Numbered from the stretch's first letter, positions 1 to 13,553 are shown. The stretch is DNA of 40,236 nucleotides from Kudoa neothunni (GCA_964304625.1 OZ199839.1:9706814-9747049), one strand, 5' to 3'. Notes: generated by a model not told the origin, from the letters alone. Translations and numbers: made by a program.

Positions 1-1173
1 ATAATATGACAAGTTTGTTTTTTTCGAAGTGTATGTATGACAGCAACGTAAAATCGTTGGTAAAGTCGAATATGGATGAATATAGCTCTTTTGTCTTCGA
101 AAATAGAAATTCCGAAGGAATCTCCTTTTTATTTTTTCTAATAGTACCACATGCAGTGATACCACGTTTCAATAATTCTTCGAAGAGAGGAACTGAGGTA
201 AATCAATTATCTACCGTAATGTTTCTACCAGAACCTAAAATCGGTTCTACCAATCGCAGTACTAAACATTAGGTGAGTTGTCAATTTTATGAATGCCAAC
301 ATTTTGAGCACCTAAGAATACCTCAATATTTAAGGTATAAAATGTTTTAGCATCAGCCGTATTAACGATGTTTATAACATATTTTACAGGTTTTAGAGGC
401 ATGGATTGATTAAAAATACAGTTGCCTCTAAACCCCCAAAGCATTTCGTCAATTGTTAAATATTCGGTTGGAGTATAATATTTTAAGAAATTAGATTTTA
501 TGCGGCTAATAACATCTCTAATTTTAAATGATCTATCATTAGAGGACGCCAATGGTATTGACGAATCATTCGTAAAACGTAGACAACGTTTCAATAACTT
601 AAATCTATTTTGGCCGAATACTTTGTTGCAAATGGGAAATCCAAAGATATCATCTGCCCAGAGTTCATTCATATTAGTTAAATTAGCTTTTTTTACGCCA
701 AGAAAATAATGTAAACCTATAAACGTTTTTAATTCACATAAATTAAATTCAACGCAATCTCTTTTTCGTTAGAAATTTTTTATTTTTTTAGTTGGTCATT
801 TGTAAAATGTAGTGTCTTACAGTATTTCGTCTATAATAAATAAGCTCCATATCTCAGACTCCGTATTAACATTATCAGAAAGATTGATTTGATGTTTTTC
901 TTGAATAATATCATGTCTTCTTTTTTTACCAAACAAACCGACTGGATTAGGCGACCATTCATAATTCTTCCCATGTAATGTTTCCTTATTAATTATTAAT
1001 ATTTGAACAGTCAACAATCAATTCATCATCGCTAATGTCTTTTGACATATCAGAGTCAGATATATCACTGTTTTCTGATAGTATGTTATTCAAAAAGGGG
1101 TCAAAGCTATGTCTCCGAATCCAACGAAAACGTATCACTGCTATCACAATGTAAAAAACTTTCAAAATCCATA
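1..1173 (-). pseudogene. piggyBac (PGBD-like) DDD transposase pseudogene
   Basis: ORF 262-672 has YLTIDEMLWGFRGNCIFNQSMPLKPVKY (first catalytic D block). Downstream it reads GRNITVDN*FTSVPL and GTIRKNKKEIP with an in-frame stop. Fragments are split over several frames. Confidence 0.9.
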
Positions 1174-1311
1174 TCTGATAAATCTATACTTTTCGTAAAA
1201 AATATGCGAATAAAATTAATTATGAGTCACTAGCTTAAACCAAAAAAATATTACAGCTATATTAAAACCACGTGGGTCCTAAAAGACCCCACGCGTGCTC
1301 CGGAAGTTTAA
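1..1311 (-). mobile_element. piggyBac DNA transposon, 5' part; the other end lies outside the window
   Basis: Degenerate PGBD transposase on the minus strand. Element end at ~1307 abuts TTAA (1308-1311), with a subterminal gggtc...gaccc palindrome (1274-1289). The homologous host repeat at 15805-15808 has the uninterrupted TTAA site. Confidence 0.85.
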
Positions 1312-2076
1312 TGAATTATTACATCTTAAGGAAGTGTTGTGTAACAAATAAATTATTTTCTGTTCTCAAAAGATGTAGGATTAAGACTTAGTAATCAAGA
1401 TAATTTAATATATATTGATATCTATAAATTTCATAAAATTAATTAACATGCTCAATAAAATAAAACTAAAATTTTTTATCATACTTATTAGTTGGATTTT
1501 GCATTGAAAAAGTATTAATATTTTACTGGTAAAGCTCTGACTTTCATTAATCATAAATCGTCGTTTTGAGATCTATAACCGTAGATAACATCTTATAATT
1601 TTGTTCATTTCAAATAAATTAGAGCATCATTAATAGAAATAGTAAATTTTTTAAATCTTTTGTGGTTATTTGTAATTAAAAATGGATTCTTTATTATCCA
1701 AAATCCTATTTAAAGATGATAAAGAATTAAAGTTATAATAATTCAGAATTTTAGTTGTTCTATTTTTTCCATTTGATATTCTTTCAAAATATGTCATTGA
1801 ATCCATTTTATCTTTCAATGAACGAAGCTGTTTGGTTCTCTTCAAGTGCACACGACCGATCATTTTACCATCTTTATTCTTAAGCTTAATGTCCATGAGC
1901 CGTAAATTTGAGTTATTCTTATTTAAAGCGATTTAAAACAAAAACTAAGGTTTTAATAATTCATTATAATTGTTATCCTTTAAATAGATTGATTTTCATT
2001 TGTAACATTAATGTTTAAGTCATTAAATCATGGCAGGGGCTCATGAGTAGTAGAGGGAACGAGCCGTCACCTACTG
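1312..2076 (-). mobile_element. Non-autonomous TA-flanked TIR element (Tc1/mariner/pogo-like termini), copy interrupted by the piggyBac
   Basis: Reverse complement aligns along its length with 13554-13617 plus 15095-15808. Ends in ccgtcacctactg|ta (2064-2078), the inverse of the CAGTAGGTGACGG terminus. Confidence 0.7.
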
Positions 2077-2805
2077 TATTTGTTTATATAGACATTGGAA
2101 ACATTTAGAGTTATGATTCAATAAATACACAAAAGTGTGCAAAATCGGCTACAGACTGTATTTATTATTACAATGTCACAGGTTCAAAAATAAGATTATA
2201 TTTATTTATTCATAAGGACATTTATCTCTATTAAACTTCTTCAAGTGATTAAGAATGTGTGCTTACATCACTTATTATACTAGGACTTTCAATATATATG
2301 ACTTTTTAACAACACTATCAAAGTTCTATAGATGACTTTAGATATAACACATATATGTAAATTTACAAAACTAATGAAGAATTGATGGCGTATGTTTATT
2401 CAGATAGATTCAAGCCCTAAATACTGAAGCTGGATCCTCAAATTTCGTGACATTTAATTTTAAGCGATAAGATTTAATGTATAGATTGAAATTATACGTT
2501 TCTAATTATTTAAAATATTTTTGTTTATATTTAGGGGCTACATAATTGTTTTGAGGAAAGAGTGTATGAAAATGTGACCGATAAAAAGATATTAATTTGA
2601 GCAACAAAAAATAATCGCCGCAAGTTATCATCGAGTCATACAGTTATTGTTATTTTAATGATCTCAATTTTAACTGCGCTTATCACAGTCTTTAAAAATA
2701 TGGATTTAAAAATCAAGGTTAATTTAACTACTTCTCTGAATTAATGGAAAGAATTCATATTTTTCTTTATTTTATATACATGTTCTACGATTAAATATTT
2801 CCAAT

Positions 2806-2834
2806 CCCGTGCGAAGCTGGGCAATTCGCGCTGG
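2806..2834 (+). mobile_element. Possible solo Helitron 3' end (hairpin plus CTRR)
   Basis: GC-rich imperfect hairpin cccgtgcgaagctggg followed 9 nt later by ctgg. The 5' end was not identified. Confidence 0.3.
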
Positions 2835-3783
2835 CAAGAGAAAATATAATTAAAATGAAGGATATGTATGAAATTAACATTTTAGAACGTAATAAAATAA
2901 TATTGAGTTTATGCAAGTTTTGAAGGTTTTCGATATTTAGTCTGTTTATACGGACACTCAACATAGGTTAGAAGCCAGCGGTAGTGATGTTGCGAGTAGC
3001 TCAATTATTACTGTATTCTATAATTGCATGATCTTCTGTTTTTATTACAAATAGCTTTTATATATTTATTGAGAAAATTTGGCTAATTTTGGGAGACACG
3101 TTTCATTATTTGTGTAATTATTGGAGTGATTAATAGTGTCATTTAAATCACAGAATAATGGACAGCTTTATTAAATATTGCTATTCAACTCATAAACTTT
3201 TATTAATAAAGGACATTTATGTTTAGGAGAACCAAAAGTTGATATAATCCATTTTCCACTGAGGTACCTTCGTGACCTTGGTTCGGATGGAACCTGATTT
3301 TATTTCCTTCCGTACAAGGAGGATTAAATGAATAAGAAAATTCCCAAATAATTATTTACGTAGTTATCTTAAAAAATTGTTTATTGTTCCGTGTTAAATA
3401 TTTTTTTATTGTCCGCAAGACAGATTATGACTTTAATATCGAAATGAATGAAAAAAATTTAAATATTTCAGAACCAAAATAAATTGTTCTGGAAACTTCT
3501 GTAGTGAATTTTCCATAGACTGAATAATCGATTACATATATTAGACAAACATTGGGCACGAACGCGTTGGAGAATCTTCATCCGTATATTTGTAAGTAAT
3601 ATTTCTTTGGGTGGCGCAATATCCATATTAAATATAATACATTCGGAATAAGATCAGAACATTCTTGGATAACAATTTAATGAACTATTACGTAGATAAA
3701 TTATTTTGACGATAATACGTGACATTTTAGTTTACACGAGACTAACGGACACGCTGTTATTTGACGACTGTATTATATGCGGT

Positions 3784-4139
3784 AAATGCATGTTTGGCTA
3801 ATGAGTTATTCTTAGTGAAAGTGACTCCTATTGTAATAGAATGTATGGCTAAAGAATTAGTCAGATTTTTTTCTATTGTCAATACCTTAATATCACACGT
3901 GGATTATTATTTCTAAGTTCCTTTTTGAATTATCTTCTCTATTTTTTCTCCAAAGTAAAACGTATTGATAAAAAAAAATATTTTTTGTAAAATACTCAAC
4001 ATTAATAAAAGTCTTGAATAAACCGTTAATTAAAAATTTATTAAATTAATTCATTAAAGAATGATTGGACATTATATATTATTTTCGGATTTAAGTGGTT
4101 AATATCACTCATTTAGTTTCTCAGTTACGGTGAAAAATA
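3784..4139 (+). promoter_or_regulatory. Conserved upstream/promoter region of paralog 1
   Basis: Collinear similarity to 24880-25226 (aaatgcat..., attgtaatagaatg, gtcaaYaccttaat, ggattat). Motif ttttcgg-N-ggttaatatcactc lies 30-60 nt before the ATG. Confidence 0.55.
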
Positions 4140-7100
4140 ATGAAGAAAATATTTTCATTTTCATTAATCGTTATCTCCACAAGTAATAAATAAAAAAATA
4201 TTAATCATAGCGTTTACATTTCATTAGCATTACATTCGAATATTTGTTCTACAGTTGATATTGATAATGATATACTGAAATTAAACTTTTTGAGCAATGA
4301 GAATAAATATATGTTATCCTTAGCAGGGTACAATATTGAAAATAGTCATCGAAAATGTTTAGTTCAGTATTACGATGTCACAACATCATCACTTAAAATT
4401 ATTCCTATTTGTACTAGTACAACAAGCGCTCGAGAAGATATCACCACGAATATGTGTAGTATTGATTTTAAAAAAATCGAATTAAAATTAGATGAGAGTG
4501 AATTTAAGACAATTAAGTATATAAGATGGTACCAAGGAAAGGATGAGTCAGCCATAAAGACATATCCATATAAAAAAGTATATAAACTCAAAGGTAATTG
4601 ATAAATTCACCTATTATTATGTAAAATTAATTAGATATCTATCTGAAGAGTATGATGTCTGCGAAAAAGTTAAATGACAACTTCACTGTATCTATTCGGA
4701 CAAAAATTAACAATGGCATCTCTTCCATGATAGACGGTAGTCCGGAAAGTATCACAGATGCAAGTGATGATTTCTATGCGGAAAATAAGATACAGCTGTC
4801 CGCAGAAGCTGAAGAAGCAGCATATTTTATCAAATTTAACGATAGATTGCCCAAAGTGCTTTTAAACCCTAAAAAACCTTCGGAAGAATGGTTTATTGTA
4901 ACTGGATCGAAACATGAAAATCACGGCGCCTTCAATTTGTATACAATGACCCTTCAGAACCCTGAACCATCGAATATGTGCTATTTTGGGATCAAAAAAA
5001 AATGATCAAATTCATTTTTCCTTCTCCTGCGCGAAAGCGAATAAAGATAGATCATGCCTCCAACCTTGTTATAAAGCCACATTATTTTACGACATCAATT
5101 TGGACTATGCTCAAGTACTAGTAAAACTTCTCAATATGCCAACTTCAAAAGAATTCATCCAAACAGTGACATGTATTAATCGATATTTTTATATGCTTTA
5201 ATATTGAGGTTAGTCAAAGCAAATCAGCCTACTGCTACTTCAGGGACAAACACTCAAGTTACTTTCGACTTTTCTAGTTTAAACAGAAACCAACATGATG
5301 ATCATGTCATTAGCGAAGCCACATTTGAGGAAATTAAATTAATCAAAAAATATCACGGAATGGATCATATCGGTGATGACTCCATTTGCACAAATAACGC
5401 TGAATACAAAATTTTCGATTCAGTAACCTTGGGCAACCTTTCACCGTTGACAGAGTACATATTAAAGGTTAAAATAGCTGGAGCTCTTGTCCATGACTCA
5501 TATGGAGTACATCATTATCATGGACACTTTCATTTCAAAACAAAAGGTACTATTAAATAATTATTTTTGAATCAAATTTTAACAGGAGTTGGATTCGAAT
5601 CTGCTAGAAGCATTACGCCAAGTGCCGTTCAAGACGAACCTACAAAATTAACTCTAACCCCAAGCGGACTCCTTTCCGATGGGACTAATACGGATGCAAA
5701 ATGTGAACTTTATTATTCATTGTTTGACAGTGAAGCATCAAAATTTCCTGCTATTTGTGATATAGATGGTACTAATAAATTTTGTCTTAATGCGTGTACA
5801 AGCACATTTACCATCGTAAATCTTGAACCTAAAACAAATTACAAAATAACAGTCTGCTCTAAAGGATACACCTGCGTCACAACGGACCAATCGACTGAAA
5901 GTAGTTTAATATATATTGAAAAGTAATAAATAATTTAATAGCTAGCGGAATTTCTCTCTCAATTGTTTTAAGTAATAACGATAATGATAGAAAAACGACG
6001 GCTACAATGTCATCCACGAATGGAGATCTCGTAAAATCTTGGGATTATATTCTCATAGAAGAAACTTCTAAGAATACAATAATTGATTATTTGAATAGTA
6101 TTTGCAATCCTACTGTCTTCACGGACACATCAGGATCTAAGACGTTAGATATTCCATGGACGATTATTACCCCGGTAGTTAGGTACCAGTTGGTTGTAAT
6201 AAATAAAGACAATGCTAAACCCGCTATTCAAAATATAGAAAGTAAACGTTGTTTAATCTAATACAAATAAAATTTCTTAGGAGAGGCTGAAGAAATTAAT
6301 GCTAACATGATTCTAAGATACGATAAAACCATAGATAAGTATATGATTAAATTTAATAATGATTTTTCAGCGTTAAGTGACAAACAATGTGAAATAAATA
6401 AGTCTCAAAATGATTTATCTGGTTACGAAAATACTAGAGAAAGTGGTGCAGAAATTCTAACAAGTTGCAACCCACTTGTCACAGAATCTTTCACCATCCT
6501 TAATAATCAACATAAGTTTAACTACATTTCTTATACTTATCATGATTCCAAGGAAATAACCGATATTTCATCTTCCACATCTGGAAAACCTAAAGGTGGG
6601 GAAGAGAAAAGCGATGATGATAATAAAGATTCACAACAAACAATACCAACTAAAACAGTCCCTTTTACGAGAGGAAAAGTTTATTCTTACTTCATTGGTA
6701 ATTTATAATTGATATATAAATATAATTCTTTTAAGATGATTACGGGGAAATATCTTACGCTGCATCACATGATGGGGATGGCATACAATTGAAAATTAAT
6801 AAGGATACATTAAACTTCGAAGCATACAAATATATCCAAAAGCAGGTCTGTATCACACTTGGGAAAGTTTCTTGTTCTTATTCCAGCAATGGGTACTCTA
6901 TTCAATTTGGTGAGCTGATTGAAGATTATCATATCCGCTGCCCAAAACATGTGGACTTTCATTACTTTTATGAAAACGAATATATTAAAAATAACGCGCC
7001 AATATTTGGCAGATTTTACTAAGAACTAACAAATGATGATAAAAACAAGACTTACAATAAAATTGGTAAACGAGAGCCCGGCCAAGATGTGTACGTTTGA

Positions 7101-10100
7101 ATGGTTGGATGCAACGGCGTCTTCTTCAAATGATTTTTTTTCCAATAAATGTGAAAATAAAGACAACCGTTTATTAAGTCTATGCAATAGTATCACCTTT
7201 GGAAATATATCAGATAATGCAAAAGCGGTTAAAATTCGGGTCTTAAATTAGGCATGCAACCTACTAATGAATACCACAACAATATCTACATATGTAATAT
7301 ATTTATCTTATACAAAATATTAATTCTGTTATCTAGTAAAACATGGAAATGATGTACCTGTGACAATTTCAACTGACAAAATAATAATTAGTATTAGCGA
7401 CAATAATAAAAATGAACACGGTATTATTGAAACAGATGCAAAATGCTTTTTGACTTATTGGAATGTGTATGCGCCACTAAATAATGAACTGGGAAGAAAA
7501 ACATTAATTGCTAGTTCTTGTGATTTTGAAGAGTTAGAATTTTCACCAAATTCAATTCATTTACACACCGATATTATGGTGATTATAGCAGATCTACCAA
7601 GTTATTCTCCACGAAAATATTTTTATTATAAAAAAAGTATTCATTATATAAAAATAGTTATAATCAATCTTTCAAAGCTCACTCAATTGCTCTGTCATCT
7701 GAATCTATAACAGTTACTTCTACAGAGGATGGATTCACATTCACTCCGAGCACATCAGCCACAACCGGCACATGCACCATATACGTGAAAGAACACAATT
7801 TTCCACATTTTTATCCCGCCATTTGTTCAGATAATTTATGTGTTGATAACTGTGATACACTATTCACCATCATTGGGCTTTACTCTGGTGCTATCTATGA
7901 TATAAAAATTGTTCCTAATGGGATATACGATGCTAAAACGATTGAGAACAAGGAAACAAGTAGCTCTATTTTTCTGCATTTTATAAATTATTAATAGTCG
8001 GATCTAATATTCAATTTAAAATATCTGTAGAGTCAAAGAAGTTTAATCTTATAATAACCTACACAGGAGATATTGCTAACCCCGAAACTACTGAGTGTTA
8101 TTACCGGCTATATAAACACAAGACTCATAAAAGTACTAACATAATTGTAATTTTTCCATATTGCTGTTTAGGTTCACCCACAATTATACAACAATCCTGC
8201 ATCGAATGTACGACAGGATTCAAATCAAGGAAATGCAATGATATTCATTTTTGTGGCACCATATATAATAATAAATATAACTACAGACTGATAATATATA
8301 TGCAAACTTAAAGTCCCCACCGGTGAAAATTGCGATTCCAGGTATAATAAATGTGAACTATTGATTACAATATCGTGTAGCATTTTCTCGACATGATGGA
8401 ATACTACAACAAAGTTACGTTTATAATTATGATGGGCATGTTGATAAATTCTGTTACACTTACGAAATATCCAGCTAACAATAAATGCGTGATAAAATTA
8501 TCAAGCTTTGAGGCACCATTTCAATACAATAACCCAACTTGCTCCAATAACAAAAAAGGAGATTTTTGTATAGTAGACTGTCCATCGTTTAGAAGGTTTG
8601 AGGTTGATTTCTTGAATTCTAAATTAGACCGATATGTATCGATTTGTTATGGTACGGATGAAACCGAAGCAAAATTGTGCAAAAAAGTGAATGTTTTCAT
8701 CATTAAAATGGGTAAAATTTTAATAGACGCCACAATAAATAATTCTTTTTTTTTAATTGTTGATTGTAGAGTATAAGCTGAAAAATACTTACAGTGTCAC
8801 ACACAATGATAATAGAGTTACGTTTTCATACAAGTCAAACTCAAAAACCAAGTGGAATGTGAGTATTGATGGGAAATACGACGCATTTAGTAGGACTGAA
8901 AAAGAAAAATTAAGCATATCAAAATACTCATATAGAATTGAAGAAAAATCTGCCTCTTTCTCAGTTGATAGGCTCATGAGTTATTATGCAATTGATTCTA
9001 CGCATATGTGGCCTGGATTAATTTATTACACCAACACCACTTACTTGATCAGAAAAAATCTGTTAAAAACGCAAATTATATTCAATATTTCTAGCATTGA
9101 TGATAATCATAAAGAACTGAAAATAACATTCCCCCTGGACCTTATAATGATGAAATGTGCTATTTAAAGGTATTTGAAGTAAATTCAGGCACCACAGACC
9201 ACGAAGAAACCATTCTTAATGCGTGTGGAGATTTACAAGATGGTTGCTATCAACTTCGTCAAGATGGAATTATCAATTTAACAGCAGATTATCAAAAGGT
9301 TGGTGTAATTATTAAACGATTATTTGAGACAACAGAATACAAACAATACCATAAAAGTAATTGAATCATTAATTTTTGACATAAATATTTGCTAGGGGGT
9401 GATACCGGTGTTAGTTTGTCTGCAGTTACTGCATCTGGAATAACACTCATTGGACTTAATATCTTTGAAAGCATTAAGCATGCAGATACAGCTCCAAAAT
9501 GCACTATTAATATATGTAAAGTTAATTCTTTCTCAAGCGAAACGAGAGCCAAATGTGGTTATTATAATGCATGTTCTACTAATTGTCAAGAGCCATACAC
9601 AATTACTAGTTTGGAAGTAGGTACAAATTACCTGCTATCAGTGGAGATTACGAATATAGGTTTTTCTGGTAGTTATATCAAGAAAATGATATTTAGAACC
9701 TGTAACTAATATAGAATTTATATTATTACTAAATTAAAATAGCGGGAGGAACTGAATTAATTGCAACTATACTCAAGCTATATCAGTAGCCAGTACCGCT
9801 TTAGTTACCCTATTCCAAGATGATGATTTTCTTCCAATACGCAGAGTCTATCTTAAAAAGAAAGGAGATCTGACTCAAAAATACATGGCAGTATGCAAAG
9901 ATATGGGAGCCTGCGAGGTTAGCTGTTCCAGCCAATTCGAAATAGTTAACCTAGCGCTAGGACAAGGCCACACAATTATAATGGTACCGTCCGACGACAT
10001 ACAAGAAAAAACCTTTAATGTTAAACCAGGTAAAATTTAACAACGTACCTAACGAAATATTATTTAGCACCTGGCGATTTAAAGGTTACATATGTGGTGA

Positions 10101-10930
10101 ATGAATATAGTGATTTGACAATTTTTTTTGATTTCATCGGGAAAAACACTGATTCAAAATGCCCCTTCATGTTGCATGAGAAAACATCAAACGATCGAAC
10201 AGCACCAATAGTTACGTGGTGTAACGATGGCGAGGATTGCTCAGCTAATCAGTGTGTGATCCAAATTAATGGTTTATCAAGAGAAAAGGATTATGTACTG
10301 GTGGTAAAAGCAAAAGATGTTACTACCTACAAAAAATATGACATTCAATGTAAATTATATCTTGCTATTAAAAATTTGTGTGTAAATTAATCATAATCCT
10401 TTTGGTTTGAAAAGGCTCAAATATTTCCAAAACAACTGGGTATTATAATTAAATTCACTTTTTATATTAATATAGTATTTTAGTATTTTAATTATCGTAA
10501 TAAGCTTACCTAAATATACATTTAAAAAATACATGTAACAAGTGAATACAAACACGATGAACTAGAAGACTTTGTTGATCAATTCTTAAGAATGGTTGAA
10601 CAGGGGTATTCCATTATATTATATATGCTTATTCTAATTTTTTTAGTATTTCTTCTTAATTATTTCCTTTTATATATCGTAAATGCGTAGATAATACAGG
10701 TAAAGGTAAGTGCGGAACAGGGATCAGTAAATATAGGTAAATGATGTTTGCTATTTCTTTGTAATAATTTTTAGATACATGTAACATATATATGTGACGG
10801 CGTATGTATCTACTCTTTTTAGACTGTATTCAATAATTCCTATAATACTAGCACTAATGGTAGTGATATGTAGTGATATGCTTTAGCATATATAGAAAAT
10901 TCTCTATGGATGTTTTTTTCCGAGTTATAA
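4140..10930 (+). pseudogene. Paralog 1: disrupted multi-exon gene for a Cys-rich FN3-like-repeat type I membrane protein
   Basis: ATG 4140 (MKKIFSFSLIVIST), intron 4183-4227, then exon-for-exon homology with paralog 2 through the TM exon (LYSIIPIILALMVVI..., ~10823-10930). Lesions: extra A in the A9 run 4994-5002, TAA at 7020-7022, -1 at ~7247, +AT at ~8300, -2 at ~8450, -1 at ~9132, 10-bp tandem duplication 10861-10880. Confidence 0.9.
10605..10690 (+). other. Nested twin intron ([D1,2] stwintron-like) in paralog 1
   Basis: CAG G|g[gtattc...ttttag 10606-10646]tatttc...gcgtag|AT AAT. Removing the inner 41-nt intron regenerates GTATTT. The second splice joins G+AT (Asp) in the frame homologous to paralog 2. 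Confidence 0.7.
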
Positions 10931-12473
10931 ATTATAATTAATATTTATTAACATAACAGATTATAACAATTATTATTAGATTATATTATTTGATAAAAAG
11001 TTATATTTTTCAACTAGCCGTAATACCCAGCTACGCTCGAGGTGTTGTGAAAATCTAATTCAGGAGAAAAAATTTCAATACAACATCTGTATACAGATTT
11101 ATCGCCCATAACCTCCGTCCTGGGTGGCTCTAATTCTCTCGGTCACCCCAAGGTTGATTTCGATGAAAAATTAGAACGTTAAAAAATACAACTAAAAATT
11201 GTTCTGTTATTTTGAAATTTTAAACATCTCCATTCGGACACGAATGCTACTATTCCTAATAGATTGGACTTTTAACAATCCTATAATTTTATGAAATTTC
11301 ATCGTTTCTTGGAACATATAGTCTTAGTGCAATTCCGAAGTTTATATTTTGTAGGTGTACAAGTGTGAACTTCCCAGCGCTGCTTGGGGAAGATTTCACA
11401 TAGATACGTTTCTTAATAATATTCAAAAATTGTATTATAGTTTCAAATTAACTCATAGATGAAAAATTTTTAAAAATTTTTAAGTAACGTACTTTCAACG
11501 GTTTGGATTAGCCAAATTTAAATTATGATTATTTCTTTGAAGGAAAGGATCAATCCCGGCGTTCATTTAAAAATTTCATGCAATGGCATCAATGCGAAAT
11601 AATTTATTGTCAGTGTCGTATTTTTATGCATTCCCGAATTATTTAAATCCCGTTAAAATGTTACCATAAACGTTATTTTTGGCCTGGCTCATAAAGTTTG
11701 TGCAACGCTGTTAATGGGAGACAAATAAATAGAAAAATATAAAGAGATAGAAAAAAATGGACAAAAATTAATTTGTATTGCCCAAATTAATATTCCTTGA
11801 CCCGGCGAGAGCTTAACTCACATTTTCCCATAAACAGCTACAAATCTCGTAAACTCCAACATAAGCAATTTAAATAATTGGATGAAATAAAAATACAACC
11901 ATCTGCAATGGATTTAATCACGGAAAGTTAAACTTAGCGGACGATTTCAATGAAATCTACGGGAGCAGTATTTCCATTATAATGCTTTAATCAATGAAAG
12001 TTTAACGTTCTCCATCAATTCGTTATTCAAGAAACATATATAGATTTTTTATTATATCTAAAACCATGAATATAACCTTAAAAATATGTTTATCATGTCA
12101 AATGCGTTAAAACTCTACAAATAAGTAATGTATTTGCACAAACACCCCAGTAGAAAACCCCAACCTTATACATAAAAATAGATGACATTGTTTAATTAAT
12201 ATTTGATAAAGTATATACGGGGAAAAGTTAACTTAAAAAAACCATCAAAAGGTAATCAACAGATGTTAATCCTATTGCTGAACTCAAGCAATCCGATAAA
12301 CAAACTTCGAATCGATAAAATCACCATTTTCTGAACACTTTTGGGAATATTTCGTAGTGTGAAAATGATTTAAAGATTTTTTGAAACATTGTGATTTTTA
12401 AATAATTTCGAAAATGTCTCTCTATAAGGAAAAAATTTGGACACACACACACGGACTCTTTAGCTTTATATAG

Positions 12474-13546
12474 CAGGGGTGGTCAGACATGCATAGATAG
12501 AGAGTCAATTTTAAGATTGACCAGAATTTCAAGAGCCACAAGGCATTAAAAATCATTTATGTGCTTCTTCCTAATTTAAAACTTACATTATTAGAGTATT
12601 TTTGGTAAATACTAAACTAAAATGTTGTAGAATTATAAATAAAGGTGTTTTAACTTTTTTCTTATTCAGTGAGTCACTAAAAAACTTACGCATAATTATT
12701 ATAGGTATAATTTATCTTGGTTTTTCAAAAAAATTAAATTAGTAGTTAATGATCTGAGAAACTTTTTCTATGTGAAAAAGGTTGAAAAAATAAAATATTT
12801 GTCCTGTTTATTTATATTCAATAGTCTGACAACAAAATAAAATTAAAAATTCACGAATAAAGTAAACAAATAAGGATTTAATGCTTTCGAAATATTTTTT
12901 TTTAAATTTTTTCGAATATTACAAGTTTTTTATGTTTCCACATTATGAGTGAGTTGACGGTAATCAAATTCGTATGCTGTTAACGCTGTACGAACTAGTT
13001 CCGTTAGGTGTTCGTTTGTGAGGACGGAATCCGCGATGCTTCTATTTTACCGACTTCATTGTTGAATAAAAGAATCACTTTAATAAGTTGATCCAAAGTT
13101 AGAAACAAGCTTGAGACAAATTTCTTTTTATGTTGAATATTTAATTTTTAGAACGTATTTGCACAATTAGCTTAGTGAGTTGGAATTATGAATAATGTTT
13201 AAAACTTTAATGCGTGTTTTATTCTTTCGTTATCTATCATTTTAGTAATGGATAAACATTAGTTCTAATTGTATTTCCTAATGAAACTAGTAATAATCCT
13301 AATTTGCGCCAAATGTTAAAACTACATTGTAATTTGTAACTATGTTTTCTAATCAATAATATTTTCTAGTTTATAATTAAAGATTTCATTTCTTCACTTG
13401 GTTAAACAGTTTAAACTTTGTACCTCTCTGAATTAACGTGCTGGTTGAATTAAAAAAAATTAAACTAAAAAACTTTTTTTTTCAAGAGCCACAGCATAAC
13501 TTTCAGAGTCACATGTAGCTCGCTAGCCATGATTTGGTCACCCCTG
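12474..13546 (-). mobile_element. Non-autonomous hAT element (SPIN/Charlie/Buster-like)
   Basis: TIRs caggggtggtca / tggtcacccctg. Flanks ttatatag / ttatatac (7/8 TSD). gagccaca subterminal motifs at both ends. Minus-strand remnant of the hAT C-terminal dimerisation region (NFGSTY...SVLTNEHLTELVRTALTAY) at ~12955-13110. Confidence 0.85.
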
Positions 13547-13553
13547 TTATATA

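Noticed and set aside
1666-1896. 76-aa minus-strand ORF in the TA-flanked element
   Set aside because: No recognisable motif, and the homologous region at ~15220-15440 is not open.
3060-3720. Possible decayed hAT N-terminal (BED-finger-like) fragment on the minus strand
   Set aside because: Only faint similarity; no TIR, TSD or catalytic motif could be supported.
4290-10390. Run of short same-strand ORFs resembling a prokaryotic operon or stop-codon recoding
   Set aside because: Gaps are GT-AG introns at identical positions in the paralogs, and exons join in frame under the standard code.
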